This document shows, piece by piece, positions 31,931 to 41,501 of a stretch of 64,000 nt of DNA. The stretch spans positions 17 to 64,016 of the forward strand of contig CAMEJH010000004.1 in the NCBI GenBank assembly GCA_945919455.1, given 5' to 3'. The DNA comes from an uncultured Clostridium sp. (lineage in GTDB: Bacteria > Bacillota > Clostridia > TANB77 > CAG-508). Under the pieces are notes generated by a model. The model had not been told where the DNA came from and ran no database searches. It worked only from the letters and a program-made list of their open reading frames with translations. A program made the position numbers and the translations under genes. Positions within the stretch are counted from its first letter, which is position 1, and every line of letters begins with the position of its first letter.

Positions 31931-32947
31931 TTATTGATCTTTCTGGTCATTATCATTAAGTTTTTTGCTAATATATTTCATTACTGATATTACTTTTGCA
32001 TAGTCCATTCTTTTTGGGCCTATTATTCCAATTGTACCCAAATCTTTATTTCCTATTCTATGTTTAAATGTTACTACACTAAAGTCTTTCAGTTCTTCTT
32101 TTTCGTTTTCTTCACCAATATATACATTTATGTCTTTGGCAAATCCTGTATTTAACATGTCTGCCATTAAATCCTTTTCATCTAATATATTTACAAAGTT
32201 TTTTGCTACTTCTAGACTATTAAATTCTGGTAATTCAAATAGTCTATTTGCTCCTTCTAAATGTATACTTTCTTCTTCCACAACTTTTTTCATTTGTTCT
32301 ATTATTGGTTTTATCAAATTTACACTATATTGCATTTCTTCAACTAAATATTTTTCTAGTGGTCTGTCTATTTTCGTTATTGGTTCTCCTTTAAGTTTAT
32401 TGTTGAACATACGACTTAGTGTTTGAACTTGATTTTCTGTTATATCTTCATCAAACTTTATTATTGTTTCTTTTACTAGACCATTGTCTGTTAATATTAC
32501 TGCCATCATCATTCTAGGGCTCAATAGTACAAACTTTATATTTTCTATTTTTTGTACATCTGAACTTGGTCCTATTGATACTGTAGTATAATGGGTTATC
32601 TCTGATATTGTACTTGAAGCTATTTGAGTTATTTCTTCCATTTCATTTACTTTTGTTTCTAATTTGTCACTTATATATTTTATTTCTTCTAATGTAATTT
32701 TATCCTCTACTAATAATTCATCAACATAGAATCTATATCCTTTTGCAGATGGTACTCTCCCTGCTGATGTGTGTGGTTTTTCTAGATATCCCATTTTTTC
32801 TAGTTCTGCCATTTCGTTTCTTATTGTTGCACTACTGTATTCTAGTCCTTCTGAATTCATTATTGAATTTGAGCTTACTGGTTCTGCTGTTTTTATATAT
32901 TCTTCTACAATTACTTGTAATACTCTTTTTTTTCTTTCATCTAGCAA
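31931..32947 (-). CDS. hrcA: Heat-inducible transcription repressor HrcA
   Basis: N-terminal MLDERKKRVLQVIVEEYIKTAEPVSS winged helix, first gene of the dnaK operon, CIRCE upstream. Confidence 0.9.
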   Translation of the reverse strand: MLDERKKRVLQVIVEEYIKTAEPVSSNSIMNSEGLEYSSATIRNEMAELEKMGYLEKPHTSAGRVPSAKGYRFYVDELLVEDKITLEEIKYISDKLETKVNEMEEITQIASSTISEITHYTTVSIGPSSDVQKIENIKFVLLSPRMMMAVILTDNGLVKETIIKFDEDITENQVQTLSRMFNNKLKGEPITKIDRPLEKYLVEEMQYSVNLIKPIIEQMKKVVEEESIHLEGANRLFELPEFNSLEVAKNFVNILDEKDLMADMLNTGFAKDINVYIGEENEKEELKDFSVVTFKHRIGNKDLGTIGIIGPKRMDYAKVISVMKYISKKLNDNDQKDQ

Positions 32948-32991
32948 TTTTGCTCCTCCTTTTTTTACTTTTTAGGAAATTGCGCTTCATT

Positions 32992-33018
32992 TTAGCACTC
33001 TTTTAATCAGTTTGCTAA
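32992..33018. promoter_or_regulatory. CIRCE operator (TTAGCACTC-N9-GTTTGCTAA)
   Basis: The left arm is perfect and the right arm has 2 mismatches to TTAGCACTC-N9-GAGTGCTAA. It lies between the putative -10 and the hrcA start. Confidence 0.8.
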
Positions 33019-33029
33019 TTTCGTATAAT

Positions 33030-33058
33030 ATATTATATCATTTTTTAGCACTTGTCAA
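33030..33058 (-). promoter_or_regulatory. Candidate sigma-A promoter of hrcA-grpE-dnaK-dnaJ (TTGACA ... TAATAT/TATAAT)
   Basis: Minus-strand TTGACA at 33058-33053, with a TA-rich -10 about 15-17 nt downstream, flanked by the two CIRCE-like repeats. Confidence 0.5.
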
Positions 33059-33071
33059 TAGTTTTTGCTAA
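33045..33071. promoter_or_regulatory. Second, weaker CIRCE-like inverted repeat (TTAGCACTT-N9-TTTTGCTAA)
   Basis: Same 9-9-9 geometry. One mismatch in the left arm and three in the right. Overlaps the -35. Confidence 0.5.
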
Positions 33072-33366
33072 AAATTTTCATTATTTTAAAATACAGTAAA
33101 ATTATTTTTTTAATGCTTGTAAAAAAACTCCAAAAATGTTATATTATATATGTGCTAGTTTTTTAGTACACAATAATTCAATTGCAACTTTGGCTAGACA
33201 TAATAACAATTTTTTTCAAAATATTAGATTCGTTTTTTTTCTAATATTAAAAAATCATATAAAAAGGAAGTGATGTGTAGACTTTATTTATTGTGCCAAT
33301 GAAAAAACATACTTTTATTAAGTATTGTAAAATTCAAAAAAAAAATGTATAATAAGGAGGAATTAA

Positions 33367-34325
33367 ATGAGTCAACAAAACAAACTTGTAATGAAAGATG
33401 ACATTATGTTTAAAGCATTTTTCAGTAGAACTGGAAATGAAAAATTTCTAAAAGCATTCCTAACAGCTCTTTTAGGAAAAGAATTAAATATAAAAAGAGT
33501 AATACATGATGCTAGGTTAGAGCAACTAGCAAAAGAAGAAAAATATGGTATATTAGATTTAGATATAGAACTTGATACTGGCGAATTTGTAAATATCGAA
33601 ATGCAATTAGCAAATTATAATAATATAGAAGAAAGAAATACTTTTTATGCTAGTAAAAAAGTTACTGAACAATTTACAAATATAATAATTTAAAAAAGGT
33701 AATAATTATATCTATATTAGACTATTCTTTTATTGACTTACCAGAATATGTGACTAAAACAGTTAGAGTTGCAGACAACCATAGAAATTATGAAATTAAT
33801 AATAATGTAACTTATTATTATATAGAATTAGACAAATTCAGAAAAGGAAATCCTGATATGAAAGATCCTATAAATCAATGGTTAGCTTTCATAGATATGG
33901 AAAGGGGGGATCTGCTAGATATGGCAGAAAAAGAAAATAAAATAATAAAAGAAGCTAAGAAAACTTATGAAACTTTAACAGGGGATGCAGAAGTAAAGCG
34001 TTTAGCTGAAATAAGACTTATGTCTAAGTTAGAAGAACAAGCAGCATTAGCAAGTGCTAGGGATAAAGGAACTAAATATGGGCTTGAACTTGGTAAAAAG
34101 GCAGGACTTGAACTTGGTAAAAAGGAAGGACTTGAACTTGGCAAAAAAGAAGGTATTGAGCTTGGTAAAAAAGAAGGTATTAAGCTTGGTAAAAAAGAAG
34201 GGCTTGAGCTTGGAAAAAAGCAAGAAAAATTTGAAACCGCCAAAAAGATGAAATCAAAAAATATGCCTATTAAAGATATTATTGAATTCACAGGCTTAAC
34301 TCAAAAAGAAATTGAAAATCTATAA
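33367..34325 (+). pseudogene. Rpn-family (PD-(D/E)XK, YhgA-like) recombination-promoting nuclease/putative transposase, interrupted by a 1-nt frameshift
   Basis: The N-terminal part (MFKAFF...GILDLDIE...VNIEMQ...) stops at 33693. The continuation (IYKYNNLKKVIIISILDY...) is open in the -1 frame from 33669. The two frames overlap for only about 8 codons. Confidence 0.75.
34080..34223 (+). repeat. Six tandem 24-bp coding repeats (GLELGKKE units)
   Basis: Directly visible: gg(g/a)cttga(a/g)cttgg(t/c/a)aaaaa(g/a)g(c/a)a x6, in frame within the Rpn C-terminal region. Confidence 0.9.
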
Positions 34326-34374
34326 TATCTATCTCCAAAAATATAGCTATCATATAATTTGATAGCTATATTTT

Positions 34375-35508
34375 TTACACAAACTCTTCCCACACAAAAT
34401 TAGCAAGATCTATTCCCTTATTAGTTAACTTAATAATATCATTATCTATAACAACCAATTTTTCATCTGTCAATTTTTTTAATTCATTTCTAAATAGATA
34501 TATTGGATTATCTCTAAACTTATTTTTAAACTCACTTATATGTATTCCATCTATTTTTCTTAGTCCTAATAACATATACTCTTTTTTCTGATCATCTTCT
34601 TTCTGAATTTCGTGAATTATTCTGTTTCTCTCTAATCTACTATGTTTTATATTTTTAATATATTCTTCAACATTTTCTGTATTTGAATATCTTGCTATAT
34701 CTCTATAAGAATGTGCAGCAGCACCAAAACCTATATATTCTTTTTGATTCCAACAATTCATATTATGTTTTGATTCATATCCCGGTTTTGCAAAATTAGA
34801 TATTTCATAATGCTTATATCCATTTAATTCTAAAGTATTTTTTACATACCAATACATATTTCTTTCTATATCTTCTTCTGGTAATTCTAACTCACCTTTT
34901 TCTATTTTTACTGCAATTGGGGTATTTTCTTCTACAATTAATGAATATACTGATACATGCTCTGGAGCTAATTCTATTATTTTTTCTAAACTTTCTTTTA
35001 TATCTTTAATTCTTTGATTTGGTAATCCTATTATTAAATCTACACTTATATTTTTAAATCCTACGCTTCTTGCTAATTTATATGTTTCTAAAAATTGTTC
35101 AAAATTATGTATTCTGCCAATTTGTTTCAATAATTCATTTTGTGTGCTTTGTAACCCTATACTTAATCTATTTATTCCACATTTTTTATATTGTTCTAAT
35201 TTTTGCTTTGTTACTGTTCCTGGATTAACTTCTATTGTTATTTCCGCTTCTTTAGTAACATTTTTTTGTTTAATTTCTTCCATTATATATTTTATATATT
35301 TGCTATCAATATACGAAGGTGTACCACCTCCAATATATACTGTGGTTATTTGTGACTGTATGTTTTGCATTTTAATTTCTTTTTTAACAGCTTTTACATA
35401 GTCTTCTATTATATTATCTTTATTGCAATAAGATATAAAATCACAATAATAGCATTTTTGCTTACAAAAAGGAATATGTATATATACACCAATTTCTTTA
35501 TTTTTCAT
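34375..35508 (-). CDS. hemW: Radical SAM heme chaperone HemW (HemN-like, oxygen-independent coproporphyrinogen oxidase family)
   Basis: IPFCKQKCYYCDF (CxxxCxxC), GGGTPS, and the length and C-terminal HemN_C-like region. Confidence 0.85.
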   Translation of the reverse strand: MKNKEIGVYIHIPFCKQKCYYCDFISYCNKDNIIEDYVKAVKKEIKMQNIQSQITTVYIGGGTPSYIDSKYIKYIMEEIKQKNVTKEAEITIEVNPGTVTKQKLEQYKKCGINRLSIGLQSTQNELLKQIGRIHNFEQFLETYKLARSVGFKNISVDLIIGLPNQRIKDIKESLEKIIELAPEHVSVYSLIVEENTPIAVKIEKGELELPEEDIERNMYWYVKNTLELNGYKHYEISNFAKPGYESKHNMNCWNQKEYIGFGAAAHSYRDIARYSNTENVEEYIKNIKHSRLERNRIIHEIQKEDDQKKEYMLLGLRKIDGIHISEFKNKFRDNPIYLFRNELKKLTDEKLVVIDNDIIKLTNKGIDLANFVWEEFV

Positions 35509-36349
35509 TTGCTATCTCCATTATCTTTTTTAATCTATAGTTTACTCCTGACTTACCTACAGGTTGTTTTAATTTTTGTCCTAATTCAACTAGACTTGCA
35601 TTTGGGTTTTCTAATCTTAAAGTTGCTATTTCTTTTAATGAATCACTTAAATTTTCAAATTTATGATTTTGTTTTAATCTTTTTATAGCTTCAATCTGCT
35701 CTATTGATGCATTTATCGTTTTATTTAAATTTGCTGACTCACAATTTACTATTCTGTTTATTTTATTATTCATTTCTCTTTGTACTCTTATTTCTTCAAA
35801 TTTAATAACAGATTTATTTGCACCTAACAATGCCAAAAACTTGGATATTTCTTCACCATCTTTGATGTATATAGCATATTCATTTTTCTTTTCTATTATG
35901 CTACTTTTTATATCAAATGTTAATAATGCTTGTACAAGTAGCTCTGCATCTTCTAATTTTTTGATTCCTAATTCTAAATGATATTTGTTTTCTGGATTAT
36001 TTATTGAGCCACCTCCCAAATATGCTCCTCTTATTATCCATTTTATTTGTTCTTGACTTGCTTCTTGAATTCTCACATTTTCTATTTTATTTATTTCTTT
36101 TAATTTCACTGTTATTATGTACAATTTTCCTTGTAATGTTATATCATAATTGTTTATCCCCATATTGCTTAATAATCTTGAAAACCTATTTATATTATAT
36201 TCATTTTCCGTACTAAATTTTATATTTTGTTTTTCTTGAGAAATATTATTACTTAATAAATATCCTATTAGTTCATACTTTACAGCTTGCTTATTTGATA
36301 AATTTTCTGTTTTACTTATCTCTTCTTTTAAGTCCTTTGAAAAAGACAT
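35498..36349 (-). CDS. whiA: DNA-binding protein WhiA
   Basis: MSFSKDLKEEISK N-terminus, LAGLIDADG-derived middle region, and a C-terminal HTH (LVELGQKL...GKSGVNYRLKKI). Confidence 0.8.
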   Translation of the reverse strand: MSFSKDLKEEISKTENLSNKQAVKYELIGYLLSNNISQEKQNIKFSTENEYNINRFSRLLSNMGINNYDITLQGKLYIITVKLKEINKIENVRIQEASQEQIKWIIRGAYLGGGSINNPENKYHLELGIKKLEDAELLVQALLTFDIKSSIIEKKNEYAIYIKDGEEISKFLALLGANKSVIKFEEIRVQREMNNKINRIVNCESANLNKTINASIEQIEAIKRLKQNHKFENLSDSLKEIATLRLENPNASLVELGQKLKQPVGKSGVNYRLKKIMEIANEK

Positions 36350-36350
36350 A

Positions 36351-37199
36351 TTATCCTCCTACTCTTGTTACTATAATTCTGTCATTTCCATATAAATCTT
36401 TTTTAGAATATGTGTCTACATATTTATTTTCTTGTTCTATTATATCTATTATATCTATTTTTTGGTCATATCCTATTTCCATACATAAGTAACTTCCTAA
36501 TTTTAAATACTCTATTGATTGATTTACTATTTTTCTATAAAAGTCTAATCCATCATCTCCACCATTTAGTGCTAGTTCAGGTTCTTTTTGCACTTCTTCA
36601 CTTAAATAATGAATATCTTCTTTTTTTATGTAAGGTGGATTTGATACAATTATATCAAATTTTATTTTTTTTATTTTATCAAATAAATTTGATTTTATAA
36701 ATTTTATTTTTTCAGTTACACCTAAATTCTGGGCATTTCTTCTTGCTATTTCTAGTGCCTCTTCACTTATGTCTGTTGCATATATTTTGGCATCTTTTAC
36801 ATATTTAGCTATTGATATTCCTATTGCTCCACTTCCTGTACACAAATCTAGTATAACAGGGTTTTGCATTTTGCTTGCTATTTTTATAACTTCCTCTACT
36901 AATATTTCTGTGTCTGGCCTAGGTATTAAAACATTTTCGTTTACATAGAAATCCATTTTCATAAATTCTTGAGAATGTGTAATATGTTGTAAAGGAATTC
37001 CTTGTGATAATTTCTCTATGTTTATAAAATATTCCCATTGTTCTTTTTTAGTTATTTCTTCATTATCGTATACTATCAAATATTGTCTTGATTTTTTTAG
37101 TACATATTGTAGCAACAATCTTGCTTTAAGTTTTGGACTTTCTACTTTATTATTTTTTAGCATTATCATTCCTTTATTTAAGGTTTCCTTAATTGTCAT
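36351..37199 (-). CDS. prmC: Peptide chain release factor N5-glutamine methyltransferase PrmC (HemK)
   Basis: SAM motif LDLCTGSGAIG and NPPY. Start set at ATG 37199 behind GGAGG. The track ORF runs to 37301. Confidence 0.9.
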   Translation of the reverse strand: MTIKETLNKGMIMLKNNKVESPKLKARLLLQYVLKKSRQYLIVYDNEEITKKEQWEYFINIEKLSQGIPLQHITHSQEFMKMDFYVNENVLIPRPDTEILVEEVIKIASKMQNPVILDLCTGSGAIGISIAKYVKDAKIYATDISEEALEIARRNAQNLGVTEKIKFIKSNLFDKIKKIKFDIIVSNPPYIKKEDIHYLSEEVQKEPELALNGGDDGLDFYRKIVNQSIEYLKLGSYLCMEIGYDQKIDIIDIIEQENKYVDTYSKKDLYGNDRIIVTRVGG

Positions 37200-37269
37200 T
37201 AATACCACCTCCCTGCTTACTATACTATATAATATCTGCTCTTTTTTTTCAATACAAATTTTAAAAAAT

Positions 37270-37346
37270 GATATATAGATATTGAATATCACAAGCCCCA
37301 TAGGAAGACCCTAGATATGTTTTGTGTATGAAAATAGCTATATATC
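37270..37346. repeat. MITE/REP-like ~77-bp element, copy A (GC-rich core cccataggaagaccctagatatgttttg, imperfect terminal inverted repeats)
   Basis: A 28-nt core is identical to the reverse complement of 47390-47417. The flanks gatatatagatatt... and ...aatagctatatatc are inverted repeats. Confidence 0.7.
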
Positions 37347-37363
37347 ATTTTTTATATTATATT

Positions 37364-37396
37364 AGAAAAAAAGAACAACTAAACTTGTTGTTCTTT
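37364..37396 (-). terminator. Terminator of veg, stem built from its last codons
   Basis: aagaacaac-taaactt-gttgttctt, followed on the minus strand by T7. Confidence 0.65.
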
Positions 37397-37690
37397 TATT
37401 CTTGATCTTCTCTTACTTTCTACTACAATTGGAGGTAATAATGGACTATAACTATCTCCATTAAATACATCTACTTCTACAGTTCTTGTAAGTAAATCCG
37501 TATATGTATATGATGCAGTTCTATCATTTTCCTCATACTTTACTACAAAAATATTAGGATATGCTTTTTCTATTGTACCTTCTTTTTCAAATTCTTTACT
37601 TCTTCCTAATGAACCTTTAACAATTATCTTTTGACCTACTTTATCAAAAATGTTGGTTTTTAAGTTTGCTATGTCAGTCTTACAAATCAT
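37379..37690 (-). CDS. veg: Veg (biofilm/sporulation-associated small DNA-binding protein, DUF1021)
   Basis: IFDKVGQKIIVKGSLGRSKEFEKEGTIEKAYPNIFVVKY is a typical Veg core. It sits downstream of yabG, as in Bacillus. Confidence 0.8.
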   Translation of the reverse strand: MICKTDIANLKTNIFDKVGQKIIVKGSLGRSKEFEKEGTIEKAYPNIFVVKYEENDRTASYTYTDLLTRTVEVDVFNGDSYSPLLPPIVVESKRRSRIKEQQV

Positions 37691-37866
37691 TAAATCACCT
37701 ACTTTGCTTAAGATGTCTTGAGTATATCATTTGTAGGTGATTTTGTCAAAGCATGTGTTTTTTTGTCTTATCGTTGTATCCTTTGTATCTCAACGGTTTT
37801 ACGTTTTATATTGTTCTTTATTACATTTATATTACATTTTTATTACAAAAATATTACATATCTGTT

Positions 37867-38688
37867 TTATATAAAAATTATATTCTTTTTTCCGCGTGCA
37901 CCAATGCCATTTATGCCTCTTTTCCCATCTCTCAATTCATTGGCAAAATCGTCAATTGTTATATACTTATTTGTATCTCCAACTGCAATACTTTTTGCAA
38001 CAATTAATGGATCTAAAAAATCTATTAGTATTCGTGCAGGTGATGATGCAAAATTTGCACCCGCCTCCATTAATGCTTCAAAATAACTTTGACAAGCACC
38101 TGCAAAAATCACTAAGTTTTTATCATGATTTTCATCATATCTTCTCGCTTCTTTTACTGTTTGTATGAAATGTCTAGAATTTCTATAATTAAGTATATCT
38201 CTATATCTAGCACCATTTTTTATCATGCCATCATGTCCTGTTATAACTAATATATCAGGATTATATATTGTAAGAAGTCTATACACTGCTCGTGCTTGTT
38301 TATTTTCTGGTATATTTTTTACTATTGCCTTTAGTCCCATTTTTTTATAGTACATCATGGATTTTTCGCTGTATCTTTTATCACCATCTAAATGTAGTAT
38401 TTTTCCTGTATATACAATTTCTTTTCTTCTATTATATTTTTCCATTTTTTCATTATTTATTTTACTATTTATCCTTTTTTCTAATTCCTGTTCACATTTA
38501 TTTTGTTCTTCTTTACTTGCTAATTTTAAATCTTCTATTGGAGCATCTGCTTCTACTCTTACATTTATTCCTTTTAATATTGCAATTTTTCTATTTCCAA
38601 CTAGTTTAAGTATTCTCTTAACTGAAAAAACAATATCATTTCCATAAGAATTTCTAGTAACTACATCACCTTTTTTTATTTCTCGCAT
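37867..38688 (-). CDS. yabG: Sporulation peptidase YabG
   Basis: ILHLDGD...ILVITGHDG...AGACQS pattern, the right size, and adjacency to veg. Confidence 0.75.
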   Translation of the reverse strand: MREIKKGDVVTRNSYGNDIVFSVKRILKLVGNRKIAILKGINVRVEADAPIEDLKLASKEEQNKCEQELEKRINSKINNEKMEKYNRRKEIVYTGKILHLDGDKRYSEKSMMYYKKMGLKAIVKNIPENKQARAVYRLLTIYNPDILVITGHDGMIKNGARYRDILNYRNSRHFIQTVKEARRYDENHDKNLVIFAGACQSYFEALMEAGANFASSPARILIDFLDPLIVAKSIAVGDTNKYITIDDFANELRDGKRGINGIGARGKKNIIFI

Positions 38689-38835
38689 ATTATCACCCCT
38701 ATTTGTAGGCTATTATAATATATGTTATTCTGACATTTTTTGACACTATATAATAAATATTCACATAATAAATATTTACTTATGTTGCTTTTCGTGGTAT
38801 AATGTGCACAAGAAATTTGAAAAAGGAGGCTTTTT

Positions 38836-39366
38836 ATGAAACAATCTAACGAAGATTTAGCCGAAAATAAAGTATTAATTTTATATTTGTTAAATAGACT
38901 ATCAGATGGCATTAAAAGTGATCATTTATACAAAATAGTAGCTTCTGCTAACGATATTAATTATTTTTATTTTCAAGAATTGTTGACTGATTTGATTGAT
39001 ACTAAATTAGTTGGTTCTTTTACTAAGGATGAAGATATATTTATCAAAATTACTTCAGAAGGTCAAAATGCATTATCTCTTACTAAATCACTTTTGCCTG
39101 GAATTTTAAAGCTAAAAGCAGACAATGTTTTTAAAGAAGAAATTCCAATTATTAAAGAAGAGTCTTCTATTATTACAGAATATATTCCTAAAGATGAAAA
39201 CAATTATACAGTAAAGTGTAAAATTGTAGAAAAAAATGAAACATTATTTGAAGTTTCAGCTTTTGCTGGTTCTCGAGAAAGAGCTAAACAAATTTCTGAT
39301 AATTGGAAAAATAATGCCAATAAGCTTTATCCAAAAATATTAGATATGCTTTTAAATGGAGATTAA
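38836..39366 (+). CDS. DUF4364-family protein
   Basis: N-terminal LAENKVLILYLLNRL winged-helix-like motif as recalled for DUF4364. RBS aaaggagg. Confidence 0.6.
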   Translation: MKQSNEDLAENKVLILYLLNRLSDGIKSDHLYKIVASANDINYFYFQELLTDLIDTKLVGSFTKDEDIFIKITSEGQNALSLTKSLLPGILKLKADNVFKEEIPIIKEESSIITEYIPKDENNYTVKCKIVEKNETLFEVSAFAGSRERAKQISDNWKNNANKLYPKILDMLLNGD

Positions 39367-39367
39367 T

Positions 39368-39994
39368 ATGAAAAAACAAGAAGTCAAAAATTTTTATGAA
39401 ATTTTAAAAAATACATATCCAGATGCAACTTGCAGTCTGGATTTTAAAACACCATTTCAGATAGTTGTTGCCGTAATGCTATCTGCACAATGTACTGATG
39501 AAAGAGTTAATAAAACTACTCCCTTATTATTTGAAAGATGTAAAACAATCCAAGATTTTGCTGATATTGATATAAAAGAACTTGAAGATATCATTCATCC
39601 TTGCGGTTTTTACAAAAATAAAGCTAAAAATATAAAATTATGTGCTAAACAGGTTTTAAAAAATTTTGATGGAGTTGTTCCACAAAATATGGAGGATCTT
39701 TTGACTTTAGCTGGAGTAGGTAGAAAAAGTGCTAATGTTATTTTACTAGAAGCTTTTGGTATTGCAAATGGTATTGCTGTTGATACTCATGCAAAAAGAA
39801 TTTCCAATAGAATTGGTCTTTCTTCTCAAAGTGATCCAGAAAAAATTGAACAAGATTTATTAAAAATATTTCCAAAGGAATATTTAAAAGATATAAATCA
39901 TTTATTTGTTTGGCATGGACGTAATACTTGTGATTCTCGCAAACCTAAATGTGAACAATGTACTGTTAAACAATTTTGTAAATATTATAAATAA
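39368..39994 (+). CDS. nth: Endonuclease III
   Basis: HhH-GPD (LAGVGRKSANVIL...DTH) and a C-terminal 4Fe-4S cluster, Cx6Cx2Cx5C. Start set at the ATG after GGAG. The track start is 39356. Confidence 0.9.
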   Translation: MKKQEVKNFYEILKNTYPDATCSLDFKTPFQIVVAVMLSAQCTDERVNKTTPLLFERCKTIQDFADIDIKELEDIIHPCGFYKNKAKNIKLCAKQVLKNFDGVVPQNMEDLLTLAGVGRKSANVILLEAFGIANGIAVDTHAKRISNRIGLSSQSDPEKIEQDLLKIFPKEYLKDINHLFVWHGRNTCDSRKPKCEQCTVKQFCKYYK

Positions 39995-40051
39995 TTGTAT
40001 AGAATATTTTATTGATATTTGGAAATGCTATCTTAGTAAGAGGTGATATCT

Positions 40052-40183
40052 TTGACAAATATCAATTGTTCTTTAGATTGTATTTATCAAATTGATGGAA
40101 AATGTTCTTACGATATTATTTCTAATTCTAGTTTATGCACTAATTCTGATTGTGCATATTTTAAAAAGTCAACTCAAAAGTAG
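40052..40183 (+). CDS. Possible small Cys-rich protein (43 aa, TTG start)
   Basis: aagaggtgatatcT-TTG, 5 Cys (NCSLDC...GKC...LC...DC), stop embedded in a hairpin. Below the ORF-track size cut-off. Confidence 0.3.
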   Translation: MTNINCSLDCIYQIDGKCSYDIISNSSLCTNSDCAYFKKSTQK

Positions 40184-40243
40184 TTTGAGCTGACTTTTCT
40201 AAATTTTGACAAAAAACGTAAAAAAAGAACCGGCACCAAATTG

Positions 40244-41380
40244 TCATTTCTTATATTCATCTAATACTTTTGCAAAATACTTCATACTTGTTAAGCATTG
40301 TTCTAAAGTATTTCCTGTCGCGCCAACTTCTATAATACAAGCTGCTTTTCCTAAGTGTTGATTATATCTAGAATTTCTGACTATCATTGGTTTAAATAAT
40401 CCTGGATACATTTCATTTGCTTTTTGTTGTATTTCAATTGCAAATTTTAAATTTGATTGCCAATTAGGATGATATAGTCCTCCACCATTAGTTCCTATAA
40501 CAAACATTAATTGTGCTACAGTATCTTCTCCAATTTTTACACTTGGATCATAATTACTTTTACTTCCAATTGCATCTCTATGTAAGTCTATTATAATGTC
40601 ACTACTGTTGTCTTTTAGTATATTTTCTACTGTTTCTTTAGATCTCGTATATGAACCTGTATATGCTGGATAATCATGATATGTTTTATCATGATAAGTA
40701 TTAAATCCAAAACTTGTTAAATAGTTTGAAAGTTCATCTCCCACCCTTGCGACAGAAAAACTTAAGTCTGTTGTTCTAAAATTTCCCGTTTGTTGATACT
40801 GATATTGTTCACTTGGAGTGTAACTTTCACATGTATGTGTGTGAAATATTAATACATTTCCTTTATTTATATTTAGCTCTTGTTCTAATATACTATTATT
40901 AATCTCAAATGATGTTTCATTTTTAATCTTAACTCCATTTATATCTATATTATAGCTTTCTACAATGGGGTTTTGTGTTACTATTTGAGTTTCACTATTT
41001 GTAGAAATATTGTTGTTTAGATTATTCTGCTGTTGTTCATTTTCATCATTCTCCGCAATTTGGATATTTTTATTGTCTGCTTGTTCCACCTCTTCTATTT
41101 GAGATAATTCTATACTTAATAGTTTTCCAATAATATTGTTTTCCAATTCTTCACCATCTTCTTTTATTATTGAATTTGCTCTATAGTATGTTCTAGATAT
41201 TGCTGGTATTTCAATATTTAAACAATTTATTAATTTTTCAGATAAATTTACTTGTAATATTTCATTAGTTTTAATTTTAGGTAACATTTTTGTGGTAGCA
41301 AATATCATTATTAATATTATTAACAATATAGCTATATGCTTTGCAGATTCTTTTATATTTATTACTGTAACATTAAACAT
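40244..41380 (-). CDS. spoIIP: Stage II sporulation protein P
   Basis: N-terminal TM segment. IFHTHTCESY...DLHRDA...IEVG is typical of the SpoIIP amidase/peptidase fold. Confidence 0.8.
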   Translation of the reverse strand: MFNVTVINIKESAKHIAILLIILIMIFATTKMLPKIKTNEILQVNLSEKLINCLNIEIPAISRTYYRANSIIKEDGEELENNIIGKLLSIELSQIEEVEQADNKNIQIAENDENEQQQNNLNNNISTNSETQIVTQNPIVESYNIDINGVKIKNETSFEINNSILEQELNINKGNVLIFHTHTCESYTPSEQYQYQQTGNFRTTDLSFSVARVGDELSNYLTSFGFNTYHDKTYHDYPAYTGSYTRSKETVENILKDNSSDIIIDLHRDAIGSKSNYDPSVKIGEDTVAQLMFVIGTNGGGLYHPNWQSNLKFAIEIQQKANEMYPGLFKPMIVRNSRYNQHLGKAACIIEVGATGNTLEQCLTSMKYFAKVLDEYKK

Positions 41381-41458
41381 ATATTTCTCCTTGTCCTATT
41401 GTTCCTATATATAATATATGCTTAATATTTCATTTTTAGAACCAAATGCAAAAAGCAA

Positions 41459-41485
41459 CCCCGGGGCTAAATTAACACCCCGGGG
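41459..41485 (-). terminator. GC-rich hairpin (ccccgggg...ccccgggg) 3' of the MBL hydrolase gene
   Basis: Two self-complementary CCCCGGGG octamers 11 nt apart, followed on the minus strand by ttgcttttt. Confidence 0.55.
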
Positions 41486-41501
41486 ATAAAATTGGCTAAA
41501 T

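Noticed and set aside
33669-33693. Programmed ribosomal frameshift in the Rpn gene
   Set aside because: There is no slippery heptamer or downstream structure. A simple 1-nt deletion in caaatt explains it, so I treat it as a pseudogene or a sequencing error.
34080-34223. CRISPR-like or other non-coding tandem array
   Set aside because: The 24-bp units are contiguous with no spacers and are in frame within the Rpn C-terminal region. The same applies to the 33-bp units at 61603-61701. No CRISPR array is present in the window.
38676-38912. 78-aa minus-strand ORF overlapping the yabG start and the DUF4364 start
   Set aside because: It spans a divergent promoter region, has no RBS and has odd composition. 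It overlaps two better-supported genes.
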